From Takakia lepidozioides (lineage: Eukaryota > Plantae > Bryophyta), in assembly GCA_030704615.1 (NCBI GenBank), contig CM060734.1, forward strand, positions 19,840,001-19,904,000: a stretch of DNA of 64,000 nt, in the 5' to 3' direction. Both the position numbers and the translations under genes were made by a program. Every line of letters begins with the position of its first letter. The stretch's first letter is position 1. Below are positions 12,673-26,598 of this stretch, piece after piece. Under the pieces are notes generated by a model. It was not told where the DNA came from and made no database searches. It worked only from the letters and a program-made list of their open reading frames with translations.

Positions 12673-13925
12673 AGGAGAGTAGTTGAAGGTTGAGTAGAAA
12701 CCTCAGCACTGTACTTCTCTTTGCCATGCTGGTGTGATGATTGTTGCTTTGTTGAATTGAGTGGGCACCAAAAATGGATCCAGCAGTGTTGTGGGCCTCA
12801 TTAATTTCTAATGGAAAGTATGATACATGCTACGTAAATGTGATATCTGAAGCCTGGCTGAAGTTAGTGTAGAACATCCTTCGGCATGTTAAGAAGGTTA
12901 CCAATGTGAGCCATTTACGGTAGGAGAAAACTGACAGTTGTCATCTAAGTTCCCTGTATATTTTTTTTAGGAAGCATAGTCCATCAAGTTACTTGTAAAT
13001 TGCAAGGCTGTTTGGAGGCTTTGTGGTGTTACGCTCTGTTTATGTCCTAACGTTGCGTTTGTTTCTTGGCTTCCTTGTGAGACGGGAGGTTTCCATTCAC
13101 CTCGGTGTCCTGTCACTTGCTGTCAGAAACAGATGATGTTATAAGTTCTAGCTTGCGCTTCCTTCAAGAATGCATACACAGTACCGTAAGCCTACTCATG
13201 CTTTCAGGATCATCTGGGATTTCAGCTACTAAGCACTTCCCTGTCCCCTGGAGTATGATGGTGAAGCGAAGTTACCCCTGCACTTTCCTTTATATACTGT
13301 TCACAATTTGAAAGGGGAATATCAACCTTTCAAAGAAGGAATTGTGCCGCAAGTGAATTGGAGGAAGAACACCAACCAACAACAGGTGAAATCCCCTAAC
13401 AAATTAGAGGAAAAGGAAGTTAAATTGATTCGGAGAAATCAATTTGGCCAGCTATGTGGTTGCAGCCCCTCCCTTTTTGCCTTGAAAGGGAAGAAACTTC
13501 AAAGAGCTGTGAAATAACTGCTGGAGAACTGTTGGTTATTTAGCGTGTTTACTAATAACTGGACTCCGTGGTGATCAATTAAGTTGTAAGAACGGGACCA
13601 GCCAGTTACAAAAATGATCAGATAGCCGCCACTGGAGTACCAGCCCCATGGGACACTGCCCAAGGGACACTGCCCAAGGGACACTGCCCTAAACCCTAAA
13701 CCCTACACAACAAGGTAGGGGGGAGTAGGGGGAGAAGATAATACCACACAACAAAGTAGCAGGATTTGAACCCAGAATCACCTGGTAGCAATCAAATTAT
13801 CCGCCAGTGATGCATAATAGTCTTAGCCATCGGCCGAGCCGCAATGGGCTAAACTATTCATCTCAAACTCAACGCTGCAAATTGCAAGCAATGCAACTCT
13901 ATAGAGCTGTGTTAGGGCAACTGTC

Positions 13926-15144
13926 TAGGGAATTCCAAAAAGGCCTTGATGTGCAATGCATCGCAATTCACTTGATCACCCCCTAAAAGTGCGCAATTCA
14001 ATTGAATTGCAAGGGCAATTCAATTGAACTAACCCTAATTTGCAATTCAATTGAATTGTCGGCACACACGATTCAATTGAATTGCTGACTACAATTCAAT
14101 TGTAATTTATAATTTTTAACTTATTTCTGTATATAATATATATATGTATATATTTAAATTATACATATATACATACACAAGTATAAGCTAAAAATACATG
14201 TTGCCCGTCTATTCTTGCTGTCCGTCTGTCAATCCTTTGCCCGTGGTAAGGCTTGAGCCCAAGATAAGCCTAAGGGAGAGCGAGAGAGGGAGAGAGAGAG
14301 AGAGGAAGTCACGAAGCGCTTGTAAAAGCGGGATTGTCTCTCTTTGTGGATGTTGGTGCCAATATATGGCTATGTACATATACCAAACATGATACCAATG
14401 TAAGAGTATCAACGTGTAAGAGTTTGATATATTAAACTTATATAGAACACACATCCCAACTTCAACATGATACCTTTGTAAGGGTATCGAAATTTTTGAT
14501 AATTCTCAAGATGAACATATTTTTTGTTTTCTTTGTCCTGGGCCAGATACTAGTGTTAGGGGACTACATGGTGATGCAGGGGAAGCCTTTCATCAATTGT
14601 CAGGTTTGATTTTGTCTGTTTTTTTCGGAGCCAGCCATGTTTCTTTTGCCACTGAATCAGAGGAAGCTGCTGATCTGTTTCTGTCTTTGGCTCTCCCTTT
14701 CTCGCTGAGGCTGAGGGTGGCTTCACAACTCCACAATTTCCTCAAGGGCACAAGAAAGAGGGCCAGCAAGAATAGACGGGCAACATGTATTTTTAGCTTA
14801 TACTCTTATATGTGTATAAATATAATTTGAATATATATATGTACATATATATTATATATCATATACAAAAATAAGTTAAAAATTATAGATTACAATGCAA
14901 TTGAATTGCCAACTAGTGATTCAATTGAATTGTTGACTGCAATTCAATTGAATTATGAGTTGACAATTCAATTGAATTGCCAATTCGCAATTCAATTGAA
15001 TCGTGTGCCGACAATTCAATTGAATTGCAAATTAGGGTTAGTTCAATTGAATTGCCCTTGCAATTCAATTGAATTGCGCACTTTTAGGGGGTGACTAAGT
15101 GAATTGCGATCCATTTCACATCAAGGCCTTTTTGGAATTCCCTA
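13926..15144. mobile_element. Non-autonomous foldback-type DNA transposon with ~300-380 bp TIRs
   Basis: 13926-14220 is the reverse complement of 14764-15144 (tagggaattccaaaaaggccttgatgtg... / ...cacatcaaggcctttttggaattcccta). Arms carry many copies of palindromic CAATTCAATTGAATTG. ACTGTC is duplicated on both flanks. Confidence 0.9.
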
Positions 15145-15976
15145 ACTGTCCTCTCTCGCTATACCATGTAACGATGCAGCCCACCCACGACACAGTGAAG
15201 TGAAGGTCAAACAATGGGGCCTCATATCCTGACCGTTGAAAACATTCAGATTCCTCCTCTCAAGTATTAAGGCGCGAAAGTTCCAGCTTTTTTCCTTTTC
15301 ATTTTTCCAAAATTGCCAAACGGGCCACATGTAGATTCTACCCTGTGCCCATGTGGCAAGAATAACGAGGTGGCAGGGTGAGAAAAGTGGCTATATAACA
15401 AGTGGCATGCTCTCCAGGTCCACGTAGGCAAAATCAGGCTCCTATTCAACTACCGGCGAATTTCTTCGTTTTGACGTTTTTACCCCCGTAACAATTCCTT
15501 TGTACAAGTAGCTGACCCATTTTCCAGGTCGAATCTGGCCAGAAAAGAAAACAGGCCGCGAAACCCACAATAATGGAAGGTGTGAGGCCCATTCCACGGC
15601 GTAATGCAGCAGCTCATTGGTCGTAGACTATAATGGACGAGTAGAAAAGTCTACTCGCCCATTACGCAATGGTATTATCAGCGGGACAAGCGTTTCCGTT
15701 CGTAATCCCGACAGAATCAGCAAGAAAAATCCATTCCGCTGCATCTTTTCAAGGTTGGATTAGTCAGTGTAAACGGAGCCGCCTTGAAGGGGTCGTTCAC
15801 AGACTGTGTTATAATAAAACAGAAGCCAAAGAACTTGGGTGGGGTCGGGGGCTCAAAGAACGTGCCAAGGATGTTGGTTGTTGAGGTGTCCCGCTCCCAT
15901 GTCTTTGATGCCGGCCTCATCTCTGTCTTGTTCAACACTACGTTTTGAAGCTTCTTTCCTTCCATCTCTGATTCAC

Positions 15977-18900
15977 ATGGGTAGGGCACTCAATTCTGCT
16001 GCAAGGCGGGCCTCCGGGGCAGCAGGAGGCAGCCTGCTGCTGCTCCTGATGCTGTTGCAGAGTTCAATGAGAGGAGTTGAGGCGGATCCGCTCAAAAAGG
16101 AGGCAGACTCTTCAACCCAAGTGTTATTGGCGCTGAGTTATCCAAGCGTGACAGTGGGTCCCTACAGTTGGCGCTATTTCAGAGGTGTCTACACTCACCA
16201 CACCAAGGAATTTCGATTGTCTGATGTTTAAGTGACGTTCTTTTACTGTGAAGACTTCGTGTACATTACGTTATGACCTGCAAGTAATGTCCAATTGCAA
16301 TTGGTTAGAGAGGAAGAAATCTCTAGTGAATTTTGCCAGAGTCAGTGGAAAGCTTAACCGCTTGCGGGAAGTAACTCGTTAGGAGCTTATCTTTACGAGG
16401 GTCGGTGTCAATGGAATTGTCACACATTGTTGATCATTACCTTCGGATGTTGTTGGCGCTGAATTATCCAAGCGCGAAAGTGGTTCCTGCATTTGGCGCT
16501 ATAGCAAAGGTGTCCGTGTATTGATCCCACCAAGAAAATTCGGTTTTCTACTGTAGAAGTGAGTTTCTGTCCAATCAAGAGGTCAGAGTACATTACAAGA
16601 GGACATGAAAGGGATGTCCAGTTGCAATTGGTCAATTGAAGATGACATCTCTACTGAATATTTCCAGAGTCAGCGGCAAGTTCTTTGTTGATTATTACCT
16701 TGTCTCAACTTTTGTTATGTGAAATGTCGGAGCATATAAGATAAGGTATAGCATTCAGTAGAGATAGGGCTAACGTTCATCCGAATGGTAGGGAATAAGG
16801 GATAAACCATACATGTCTCCAGATAGGAGAACTCCTACAACTTCGTCCATGAACAGATCATGTAGGCTTCCACCCCTGCTCAAAACTGACTTCCATAAGA
16901 GACTGCCAATCCTCAAGGAGCTTATGTCTTAGACACAGTGCACCTGTGGGTCTGCCAAAAGGTTGACCACGGAAGATAGTTTTTTAACCAGCTGGTATCC
17001 TGCAGACAAAAAGAGTGCTTGTAGTGATCTAGAGTTGGTTAAAGGGGATTGTATATAAGGGGCATATATGATCTATCTTCATGGGTACTTAGGGATGGTG
17101 GATTGTATCCCCAACAAAAGTCCTCAAGCCATAGCCTGGAATATGAACCTGACTTCAGTTCTACTCTACAGAGGTTGCAACATTTTGACAACCATTGGAA
17201 AAATTTGAAGTCCATTTGTAGTTTTAGGGGCTATTTGACAATGTCCATTTGTGGCAGTACTGTTTGCTTTCATGTTGCATTTTTCAAGTACACTGCATAG
17301 TTCATGTGTTTCGGGCCAGGGCACTGCAAAAGTTCTATATAACTCATTCGCAAAAATCCCTGATTTGTTCTATCTTCCCTGGATGCTCCCTGTTTCTTCT
17401 TTCCTCCTCTGATCTCCAGCCTTCTTAACAACCCCCCAGCCTTACTTCTTTGTAGATCTAGTTTTAATGTGCGTGCATTTTTAAAAGTTGGTTCCAACCC
17501 TCTGGCCCTTGTTGCGAGATAACTCAACCAACCAGCTGAGTTCTGCTCTAGGAAGTTGTTGTACACCAGACTTGATGGGTTGGTTCCACAAAGACCATTG
17601 GAAGTGATACCGCTGGAAATTGGAATGAAACTGAAAAGATGGTTCTGGATGGCAGTGGAGGTCCCTATAGCATTTTCGTCTCTCACTTTCACGCTGACGC
17701 GGAAATGGACTGCAGTAAGCTCTTCAACATGATGTGATGCAAACGTTTATGCAACCGTACTTTCATTTTAATCTTCTATAATAATTTCTGCTGGGTTAGT
17801 ATTTGGAGAGATTAACTCTCACTGCATCTCCCAAATAAGAATGTTCCTCTGAGAGAATGTACTCTGAGAGCAAGAGAGACAGAATGTACTCATAAGACGT
17901 TGTTTCCGTAGCCTTGTGGCCATTCACCCCGCGCCCAGTTTGGGCGGAACACAAAGGGACAGAACCTACCTCTGTCAGGGGCTGACGTCGGTCGTAAGAC
18001 TTACCTTGATATAGAACACTGATTCGGGTTTTCCAGATATCCTCTAGCAAGAGAGACAGAGACAGAGACAGACTGGAGAGAGATTATTCTCTTAAGTGGT
18101 TGTTCCTTCCAGCATGCCACTACCTTTCCTTGTCATGTCATGTGGGTTGTGGATCATCTCACGGAATATATGCTCATGAAGGTCTCAATTATCAGGCAAA
18201 CTTGTTGTAGGTTTACCTTTGGGGATTTTCAGGCTATTGTCACAACAAACCGTGTGCTACTTCTCTCAGGAGAACCAAGGGGGAAACGGCGCCAAGGTGC
18301 CCCTGGTATGCTTCCGCTTTGGAGGGCCCCCATTCCCAAACGAAGCTTGTGAGTCCACTGTTCCACTATTTTTTGGGAGCTCTATGACTAAAGGTTCATG
18401 ATTCTCTTGCATGCGAAATTGGAATGCAAAACTGATCTCAATTGCTCTAGCAATGTTTACAGCAGATCGCCCCAATGGCTACAGCAGGATGCAACCCATC
18501 AAAATTTGAGGACAGAGAGGGCCTGACCCCCAAACACCCAAAGGCCAACAAACACAGTCCATAGAAGCTGGCTCATTTCACCCCTCAGAGAAAATCCTTC
18601 CTGAATCCAGAGGCCTTGTGGAAGTCATCCAGAAAAGCAGCTGAGAATCAGGATGCATATTGCCACTGTGTCCAACCTCGCCCCCATTCCTTGCTCCCAT
18701 CCCTCCTTCCCCTAATCGTCTCGGTACCCAAAACAATGCTTGATCAGTGGGCGGCCTTCTTTGGATATGAAGTTCGGTCAAAATACTTGGTTATTTTTCC
18801 CCACAGTCTCCTAGCTGGAAATCTGGAGTAATGTTTTGTGACCTTGCACGGTATTTCACATTGGTTGGGTTTGGTTGCAGTGGAGTCACCACAGGTGGCA

Positions 18901-21900
18901 GCCCTAATGGCAGGAAGGGCTTCGAATGTATCAGATACAGGGCAGTGTGCATGGTTCAATAACAGCACAGCGGTTCACTTATCCAATATGCAGGTATTTT
19001 GTGGTACTCTTGAGTTTGCGTAGTTTCAGGATGGGAAAGTCGGGGTCAGAAAGTCATTTCTGTAGAAAACAAAATATTCCCACTGGTTGTGAAACCTCTT
19101 GTTTCACCTGACTCTCAGAGCTGATCAAACTGTATTGTCCCGTATGCTTGTGACTATTCATAGTCCATTGAACTTAAAAACTCTGGAAAGTGAATTGTAT
19201 TGGCAGGTGGTATCAGGAGTTTGGTATGTGGGGGTGTTCAGTGATTCGAGGCCCGCACGCTTTCAATCAAAAATGGTAGACTACGTTTCCAGCATTCCTT
19301 GCAAAGACAAGTATCAAAATCAATAACTTCAGAGGATCACACCAGCATCAGTGTGCCAAGGATCCATACAGATTAGGAATTCTCTGGAAGAGAAAGCAAA
19401 GTGTTTTGATTTCAGTTCCATCACTTGATGGGAAAAAGTAGAAAAATTGATGCCATAGTGTTACTGCTGCATACCAACCTAGTAAATGTTTTTCTGAAAG
19501 CATGCTTTAGCTTATGGAAGACATTCAACTGTCATGCATGGAGACAGTCAGCTTGTTCGCCATGCTCTGCAATTGCATTAAGGTCCATTGACTTTTCCCT
19601 GTTTATTTCCGCAAGTGCTTGGCAGATCTCGCGAGGCAACATATTTCCTTTTGGGATACAGTTCACGGTTTTTGGTTGCAACTCACCATCTCTTGGAGGA
19701 CCATACTGTGACACTAGCATCGGTCAGCTTTTCTCTGAAGTCCCAACATTGGTCCCAGACTTTGAGCGAGGTCACTCCACTTTTCTGCAAAAACAGACAC
19801 TTGAGCAGGTTCAAAACATTGATGTGCTGCCCACTGAATCTCAGACTCATATAAACCTTGAAGAGAGAGTATTGGAGACCAGTGTGATGTCTTTGAGTTT
19901 GTCAGGGATCAATGACACACTTGAATTGGCTGATGTGGAGGCAAAGTACTTCAATCCAGTAGAGACTCTGGTTAGTGGTGAGAAGAACAAAAGGGGCGTC
20001 AATAATCCACCCCAGACAGCTCCTTCTCATAAAGCCTCGTGGGCATCTTCAGGTGAACAGAGGGTGAGACCAGGGGGATGGAGCTATTTTGCCCTTCAGA
20101 TAGTAGACTTTGCTTCAGAACTAGAGGTTAGAGTTGACTGCGTGGCTCTGAATGTATCTCACAGTCATCGAAGAAGCAATCCAAGCCCTTCAGGAGGTTG
20201 GGTTTCTCAAAGTGGGAATCCTGCTAAGGTGTACCTCAGATATGGAGCCCTGCCAGATGAGTCTTTGAATGATAAAAGTTCAGAATTGGGTTCAGCATCC
20301 TTGACTGTTGCAGTGCCAAAGCGTGGTTGGTGGTACTTGGGAGTATTTAATCCAGAGGATTCAGCAAACGAGACGTTAAGGGAAATGGAGTTGCTAAACT
20401 TCACTCTGTATTGGAGACTGGAAAGTTGCAGTTTGGGGAAAATTGGGCAAGAATGTGGATGGCCAGCTACTCAATTGGAGGTGTGTAGGGCATGACTATT
20501 GGGCTGGGCTTTGCATGTTGATTTTGTCCGACTTTGAGGTTCAGTAGGCTGTACCACTAAGCAGTCACGATTTAATACGGCATCAGCCGACACAGGAAAT
20601 ATGAATTAATGGTTGGTTTCTTCGGCATTCACTTGCTTTCTGAATTTTATTTGACATTTGTGCTGAAAGTCTGTACCTGTCTTTTCAGAGAATATTATTG
20701 GAAGACACATTCGAGTCGCCTTTTGATTCTTATTATCTGGCTGTTGGAGGAAGCAAACCTTCACATTCTCAGTGGTTCTCACTTCGATTACCCCCACCAA
20801 ACTCAATATCAGCCAGTGTTAGTATGGGAAATTGGACCTACTTTGTTGTGCAAGTGCCACGAGGTGCAGCAGGAGCTGTCCTTTCAATGGAGCTAAGACA
20901 TATGATGAGCCTGACTGCTGATATTTATGCTCGCTTTGAAGGATTCCCCACACTCGACATCTGGGATTTGAGGACAGCGAATGTCAAAGTTCAAAGCTTA
21001 TCAGAACAGGGAAGGGATTCTTTCTCATTGGAAACCAAAAGAAACAAAGCCCACTCAACAAAGAGCACAGAGGTGTCTCTTCATATGGTCTACCCTGTAG
21101 AGGGTACCTGGTGCATAGGGTTGAGATATGTGAATTGGGGTTTCGAATCGTCAAAGGGAGTCTTAGAGACGAAACATCGTCAGATTGGTGTCCTCCGGCC
21201 AAATTCTTTGAAAGTGGACCGAATTTGGGGAGACGTTACGCGTACTATTGTACACTGGTTCCGAAAAGCAGAGCTCTCTGCCAGAAATGTATTTAGGGGC
21301 AAGGGAAGAGATTTTACACTACGGAAGTGTTCGAAATCTGGTGGGTCCAAACGGTGCCAACAAGAGAGAGAGCACGTAGTTTTGGCACCAGAGCCAAGTA
21401 TTTCTCCTGATGACCCAGCGTACTACATGGGAATTCTCTCCAGGGAAAGTGTGCAAGTGAATGAGGGGCTTGCGAGCTTTGATCACACCCAAGAGCAGAA
21501 AAGGGAGAATGCGTGGTCAGGAGATCATTCTGTTATTCAGGCTGTCAAGTCAGTGCTTATGATTTATATTGCTCTGCTACTTAATTCGTAACATACTTTT
21601 TCTTCTTTCTGCACTCAATGGGTGATCCAGTCAATGGTGGCAGGGATTAACAATTCGCATGCAAAGTCATAAGTAGGTGTCTTCCCTTGCTCCCTGCATG
21701 GACTCCCTTGTTTGCTCTGCACACTCCCTCCAGATGTTGGTTTCTTCCTTCGATCTCTCACCAATGCAAACATTGAACACTGTCGGGAATAAGGTCACTC
21801 CTTGTCTTCAGGTGTGATGCTCTTTAGAAAATTCGTCCATTTAAAGGCAGCTCGGTGGCCTTTTCACAGCCAAGGTATATCCGTGATGTAAGTGTATTAA

Positions 21901-24900
21901 CATTGTGAACAAACAGTCTGAAGCTTTCCTGTGATGGGGTTTTGCAGCTCGCATAGAAAAGCTTCTGGAGATACTTCAAGTGAGCTACTCGGAGAGAAAG
22001 AGCTAGCAGGGGAGGAAATGCGGGTAACAATCCATGGTTGCCCAAACAAGTGCTCAGGACAGGGGAGCTGCCATACTACTTACGAATCTAGCCGTCTCTA
22101 TTTGTACAGGTTTGCTTTTCTCTGCAAGTCCACTGTATTTATACTACAAGTATTAACCATCCAAGGTAGCAATGAGATTGCTACAGAAAGTATTGGATCA
22201 ATCAATGCTGCTTGATACCACAGAGAAGCTGTGAGATAGTGGTCAGACGGTCTCCCAAAAAGTGCTCAAGTGATACAAGGCGGAAAATGCTGTGTGCCAA
22301 TGAACTAACTCATTGACGATGTGAGCTGCTTGATTGTGTGCAAGTGCTTGGATCTGATTCCTGGGGTGTGGTTGTGGATGCTTTGTTATGCATAAATTAT
22401 GAAGTTCGCTTTTTGAAAAAGCTCCTCGTATGATTTCTGGATGAAATGGACAGCTATTGCCACTGTGGCCCTACGCATGGAGGCCATGACTGCTCTGTCG
22501 TTCTCATGGTTCCTGCAGGTGGGTGGCCCTGATAACATGTGATACACTACTTCTGTTTCAGTAGCTTTCTTTGTATCCCCCCTCATAACATTAAGTCTTC
22601 TTTCCTTGGAGTTTCTACTTACACAGTAAAGGGTCTTATTTGTTTTCGTACTATTGTGCATTGACTCCGAGACTGGCATACAAAAAGTTTTCAGGATAAT
22701 TATTCAGCATTTGCACTGAGATGTTGAGCAATAAATTGTTTTTTCATGCATTGTGAGTACACTCTTTCCAATGGGGATAGCAGAAGAGGCGCTACATATA
22801 TGGACGCTTATTTGTTCAAATTTTGCCGCACTTCTGCCTAGCATCTGGGCTATCCACCACCGTGTATGTAATCATATCCCACACTGAATAAACCCCTTAG
22901 ATATCATGTTGTTTGTATATCTTTTGGCATTCTTCACCCACAGTTCCCTGGTTGGGAGCTGTAATAAATCATTGGAATCGGAATTTTAAGTCTAGAGAGG
23001 ATGTACATTCCAAGTGAAGGTAGCGTGACAAAGAAATTCAGTGCTGTTCTAGTGAGGGCCCTCCCCACAAGTTAATGTTCTGCAGCGTTACTCCTAGAGA
23101 ATGAAAGCAAACAGACAAGGAATTAAACTTGACCTTGTGAAGAAAAGTTGGGCAAGTTTTAAGATTTACAACGAATCTGATGATATTGAGCTACCACTCA
23201 ATCCTATGTGTGGTGATGGGGAAGTTTGGTTTGTCCTTTGGACAGGCCTACTCGGAGTGGGTGGCGTACACAGTGAGTGGGGTGGCAAGTGCCGTCTACC
23301 ATTCCTGCGATGCTGGCGGCTGGTGCGCCCTCTCATATGACACTCTCCAGGTGTGTAGAATGCTAACAGAATATAAAATGCTCGGTTCACAAGTCTTAAG
23401 CTGCTCTCCTACTCTTTTTTCGTTTTGTCATAGTATGTGGCTAGATTGAACATTTATACTACATTATGAGTTGGTGTCTGAATGGAAGATAAGTTGGTTG
23501 AAGAGATCCCTTTGTGTTTTAAGAACATAACACGCGTAGATATATTACTCTGGCAGCTCAGTTCCTGGACTTCTGGCTATCCTTTTTGTCGGTGGTTGTG
23601 ACTTTTTTATACATCGGAGCATTCCTCCAAACCACAAAAGCTATGGCACACATGGGTGCCGCAATCATTACAGCTGCAGTAACCAAAGAAAATGCCACAA
23701 GGTGGGTCATATCATGTTTCGAAGTCCTCTCTGCACGGTATTTGAAGTTTAGAGTTAATGTCACGTGAATCTGCAACTAGGGCTTTGCTACGCTGCGCAC
23801 TACCGTGACAATGCTGTGTATGTTGAAATTATTTATCGGTTGTAGAGTACTTTATGCGAAACAACATGGCCTGACTATTTTGAGTGTTGTACGAAAAGTG
23901 GTATGGTGTGTTAAATTTCTTTCTTTATTTAAGTAGGACAATTAGTCTCAACATGTAGGTATTTCTTTTGGGTATGGTAAGAAAAAACGATTCGATAAAC
24001 AATCTCTAGTGTGGGCTCTCATGTGTGAAAATATATATTTTGAGCATTGAGGTTTGATGTTGAACGCTATATCAATTGCATAAGCAATAACGAAAAGTCC
24101 GCGCGAAGACGTGTCATGTTGTTGCATGACGGGCGCTTAATCACTTAATCGTTGCTGGTTACAAATATGACAGCTGGGATTTTTGTGTGTAATGTAAGCT
24201 TTCCGGCAGGCTCCACAAGGTCCCCAATTCCTTTGCAGGAACATGTAGCCACCTGCTCTAGGCTCCTTGTATATTTCCGTGCAGCCAAAACGAATCATGA
24301 TTGCATTGTACTGAGTGTTTTCTTTCACATGCAGTGCATGGAATATAGTACTGGTGGTGCTCATGGGTGTGGCTGGCCTAGTCTTCGCGTGGGGCTTGGA
24401 ATGCTGGAGACTCAAGCTGGTTCCCAGGACTTGGCTGCAGGCTCTTGGTCCTGTTCAACGAGCGATCAGGTAGGGTTCCTCAGTCTGTATCCTAGTTCTC
24501 ATTTGTTTTGCTGTTTGTGTTCTTAGAGATATGACACAACCATCTCTTTCCTCTATCTAAAGTTGAGGAAACATAATAGACATAAACAGACATAATTGTA
24601 GATGGTGATCGAAGATTATAGATAGTCTGATGTGATCCATGTAACAGATTGGAGGCATTGTATAGACGAGGGGAGGAGTTCTTAAGCCAGCTGAAGGGCC
24701 AATTCCATTGGCGCTACTTGGTGACAGGGCTTGCCATCTTACTTGCTGCTGCAATGAGCTGGGTTTTAGAGACTGATGATACATACTGGATCTGGCACAG
24801 GTATGCCGTTCTCTTCCATCTTTCTTCATTAGTTTCTACCATTGAGCCAGGTATTCATGTATGAAGTCATGATAAGCTGTGAGGTAAGAAGATTATTTAT

Positions 24901-25164
24901 TATTTTCAAAGGAGAGTCCAATAACAAGCACCAAATGGGGAATGGATTATATGCAGCCTTTGGCATGTCAGTATCTACACTTCAGCATTTATGATCCTAT
25001 GCTCAACTGTAGGGCCAACTTGGTCAACCCAAGTGGGCCCAGAAGAGTACCGAAGGGTTATGCAAACTTCAGTCGAGGAACCAGGAACTGCACAAAGCAT
25101 ACGCCACACAGTGGAGTTGGACGCATTTGACGCAGGAGAAAACCCCAGGTCATTGGAAGACTAA
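15977..25164 (+). CDS. TMEM8/PGAP6-like (DUF3522, CREST superfamily) membrane protein with EGF-like domain, 15 exons
   Basis: Exons 15977-16184, 17656-17714, 18270-18348 (or -18393), 18881-18993, 19207-19275, 19626-20480, 20689-21548, 21948-22109, 22454-22518, 22784-22863, 23246-23350, 23562-23701, 24335-24469, 24648-24800 and 24957-25164, all GT-AG with compatible phases. Signal peptide; EGF-like GCPNKCSGQGSC...YCHC..HGGHDCS; SNFAALLP; CREST motifs SAVYHSCD, FLDF and WHSLWH. Confidence 0.88.
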
Positions 25165-25421
25165 AGTAATGTCCTGCTTAAGGATCCAGTGACTGAAACA
25201 AAGTGCTTGTGCCATCATTTTGGCTCCTGCCCACTTTCCCTAGTCTCTCTTCCTCTCCCAGCTACTATCCCTTGCAAATGTTGTGACATCTGCAGTGATA
25301 GAATACAAACAGGTCAACTACAATATGGACAACACGTGTGAAGAATAGGGGATTCCCTTACCTCTTCATTGCCTCTTTACACTCCTCATTCTGACGGTGT
25401 ACATTATTCTCTATTGACTTT

Positions 25422-25585
25422 AAGACATTCATGATTCTGGGGGATTATTATTCGCATATTTTTTCATTTCCTGTCAAACAGTCCTGGTTGCTCAGTTTTG
25501 GCAAGACATTCATGATTCTGGGGGATTATTATTCGCATAGTTTTTCATTTCTTGTCAAACAGTCCTGGTTGCTCAGTTATGGCAA
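25422..25585. repeat. 81-bp tandem duplication
   Basis: aagacattcatgattctgggggattattattcgcat...ctcagtt.tggca occurs twice head-to-tail with about 3 mismatches. Confidence 0.9.
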
Positions 25586-26598
25586 CCTCATCAAGAAGCC
25601 ATATGCCTTCTTTGTGGATCTTGTCGCGGTTCAATTCCTCCAAAGGTTTGGAGATTAGTGATTCAGCTTGCTTCAAGTATTCGTCCTTGCATTTTAATCG
25701 CTCTGTTGGTAAGATACAATAATCATTGGACTAAGTCAAACTTCTAAGTGTTGATGGGTTACAAACTCTAGCAAGAAATCCAAAAGTATTTTAGACCTCA
25801 TTCAACTGCCATGACCATTAACTATTTTGGGACTTCTTTGTATTGTGCATGTAGTGCACTTTGCTTGCTTGGGCAATGTAGGGAGACTCTTCCTTGTTGA
25901 CCCTCCACCAAGATAAAGTTTCAACGAGCGTTTCTGAGTCGTAACCCTGAAATAATTTTTCCCGGAACGAGTGAGCCCCAGCTGGCGTAAAGGGCTGGAA
26001 TGTTCATGGAGACTCCAATGGGGGTTCCAGTCTAAAGGGCTGGAATGTTTCAGGAAGAGCAAACTGACGAGGATAAAAGGTTTCGCTTCAGTGGAAGAAC
26101 AAATGCCCCTATAGCTCTCTACTGCAAATCCTTCTCTATAGGACTGATGAGACACAAGATAGCAATGGATTTGAAGCTTTGACAGTATTACAGTAAGCAA
26201 TTTGCAGTACAGAAGTTGAACAGTTGAATAACAATCTCTGCGATGATCATGTCAATACTATGCACATCGTGGTGGGCGCCATCAGATTGAATTTGACAGA
26301 ATGTTGCCTTGAAACCACTAACATGGGGATCAACGGATTTGGTTCAGGAGTAGGTCTGTGCAGGTAAAGCAGGGTCATTTGAGCCCTTTGTATACTGGGT
26401 GACGTGCTGTCAAGAATTATGTACACTTATCTCAAAGCTTTACAGCTTTTTGTGAGAGACTGATGACGAATGGATGGATTGTTTCTTCAACTCAGGAACC
26501 TCTCTATGTATGCATCTTTCCTTTCTGTTCTCCTTCAGGGGTTGATGCAGATCGAAATTTCGAAGTTTCCTACCATCTACTACCTAATTAATACCGCC

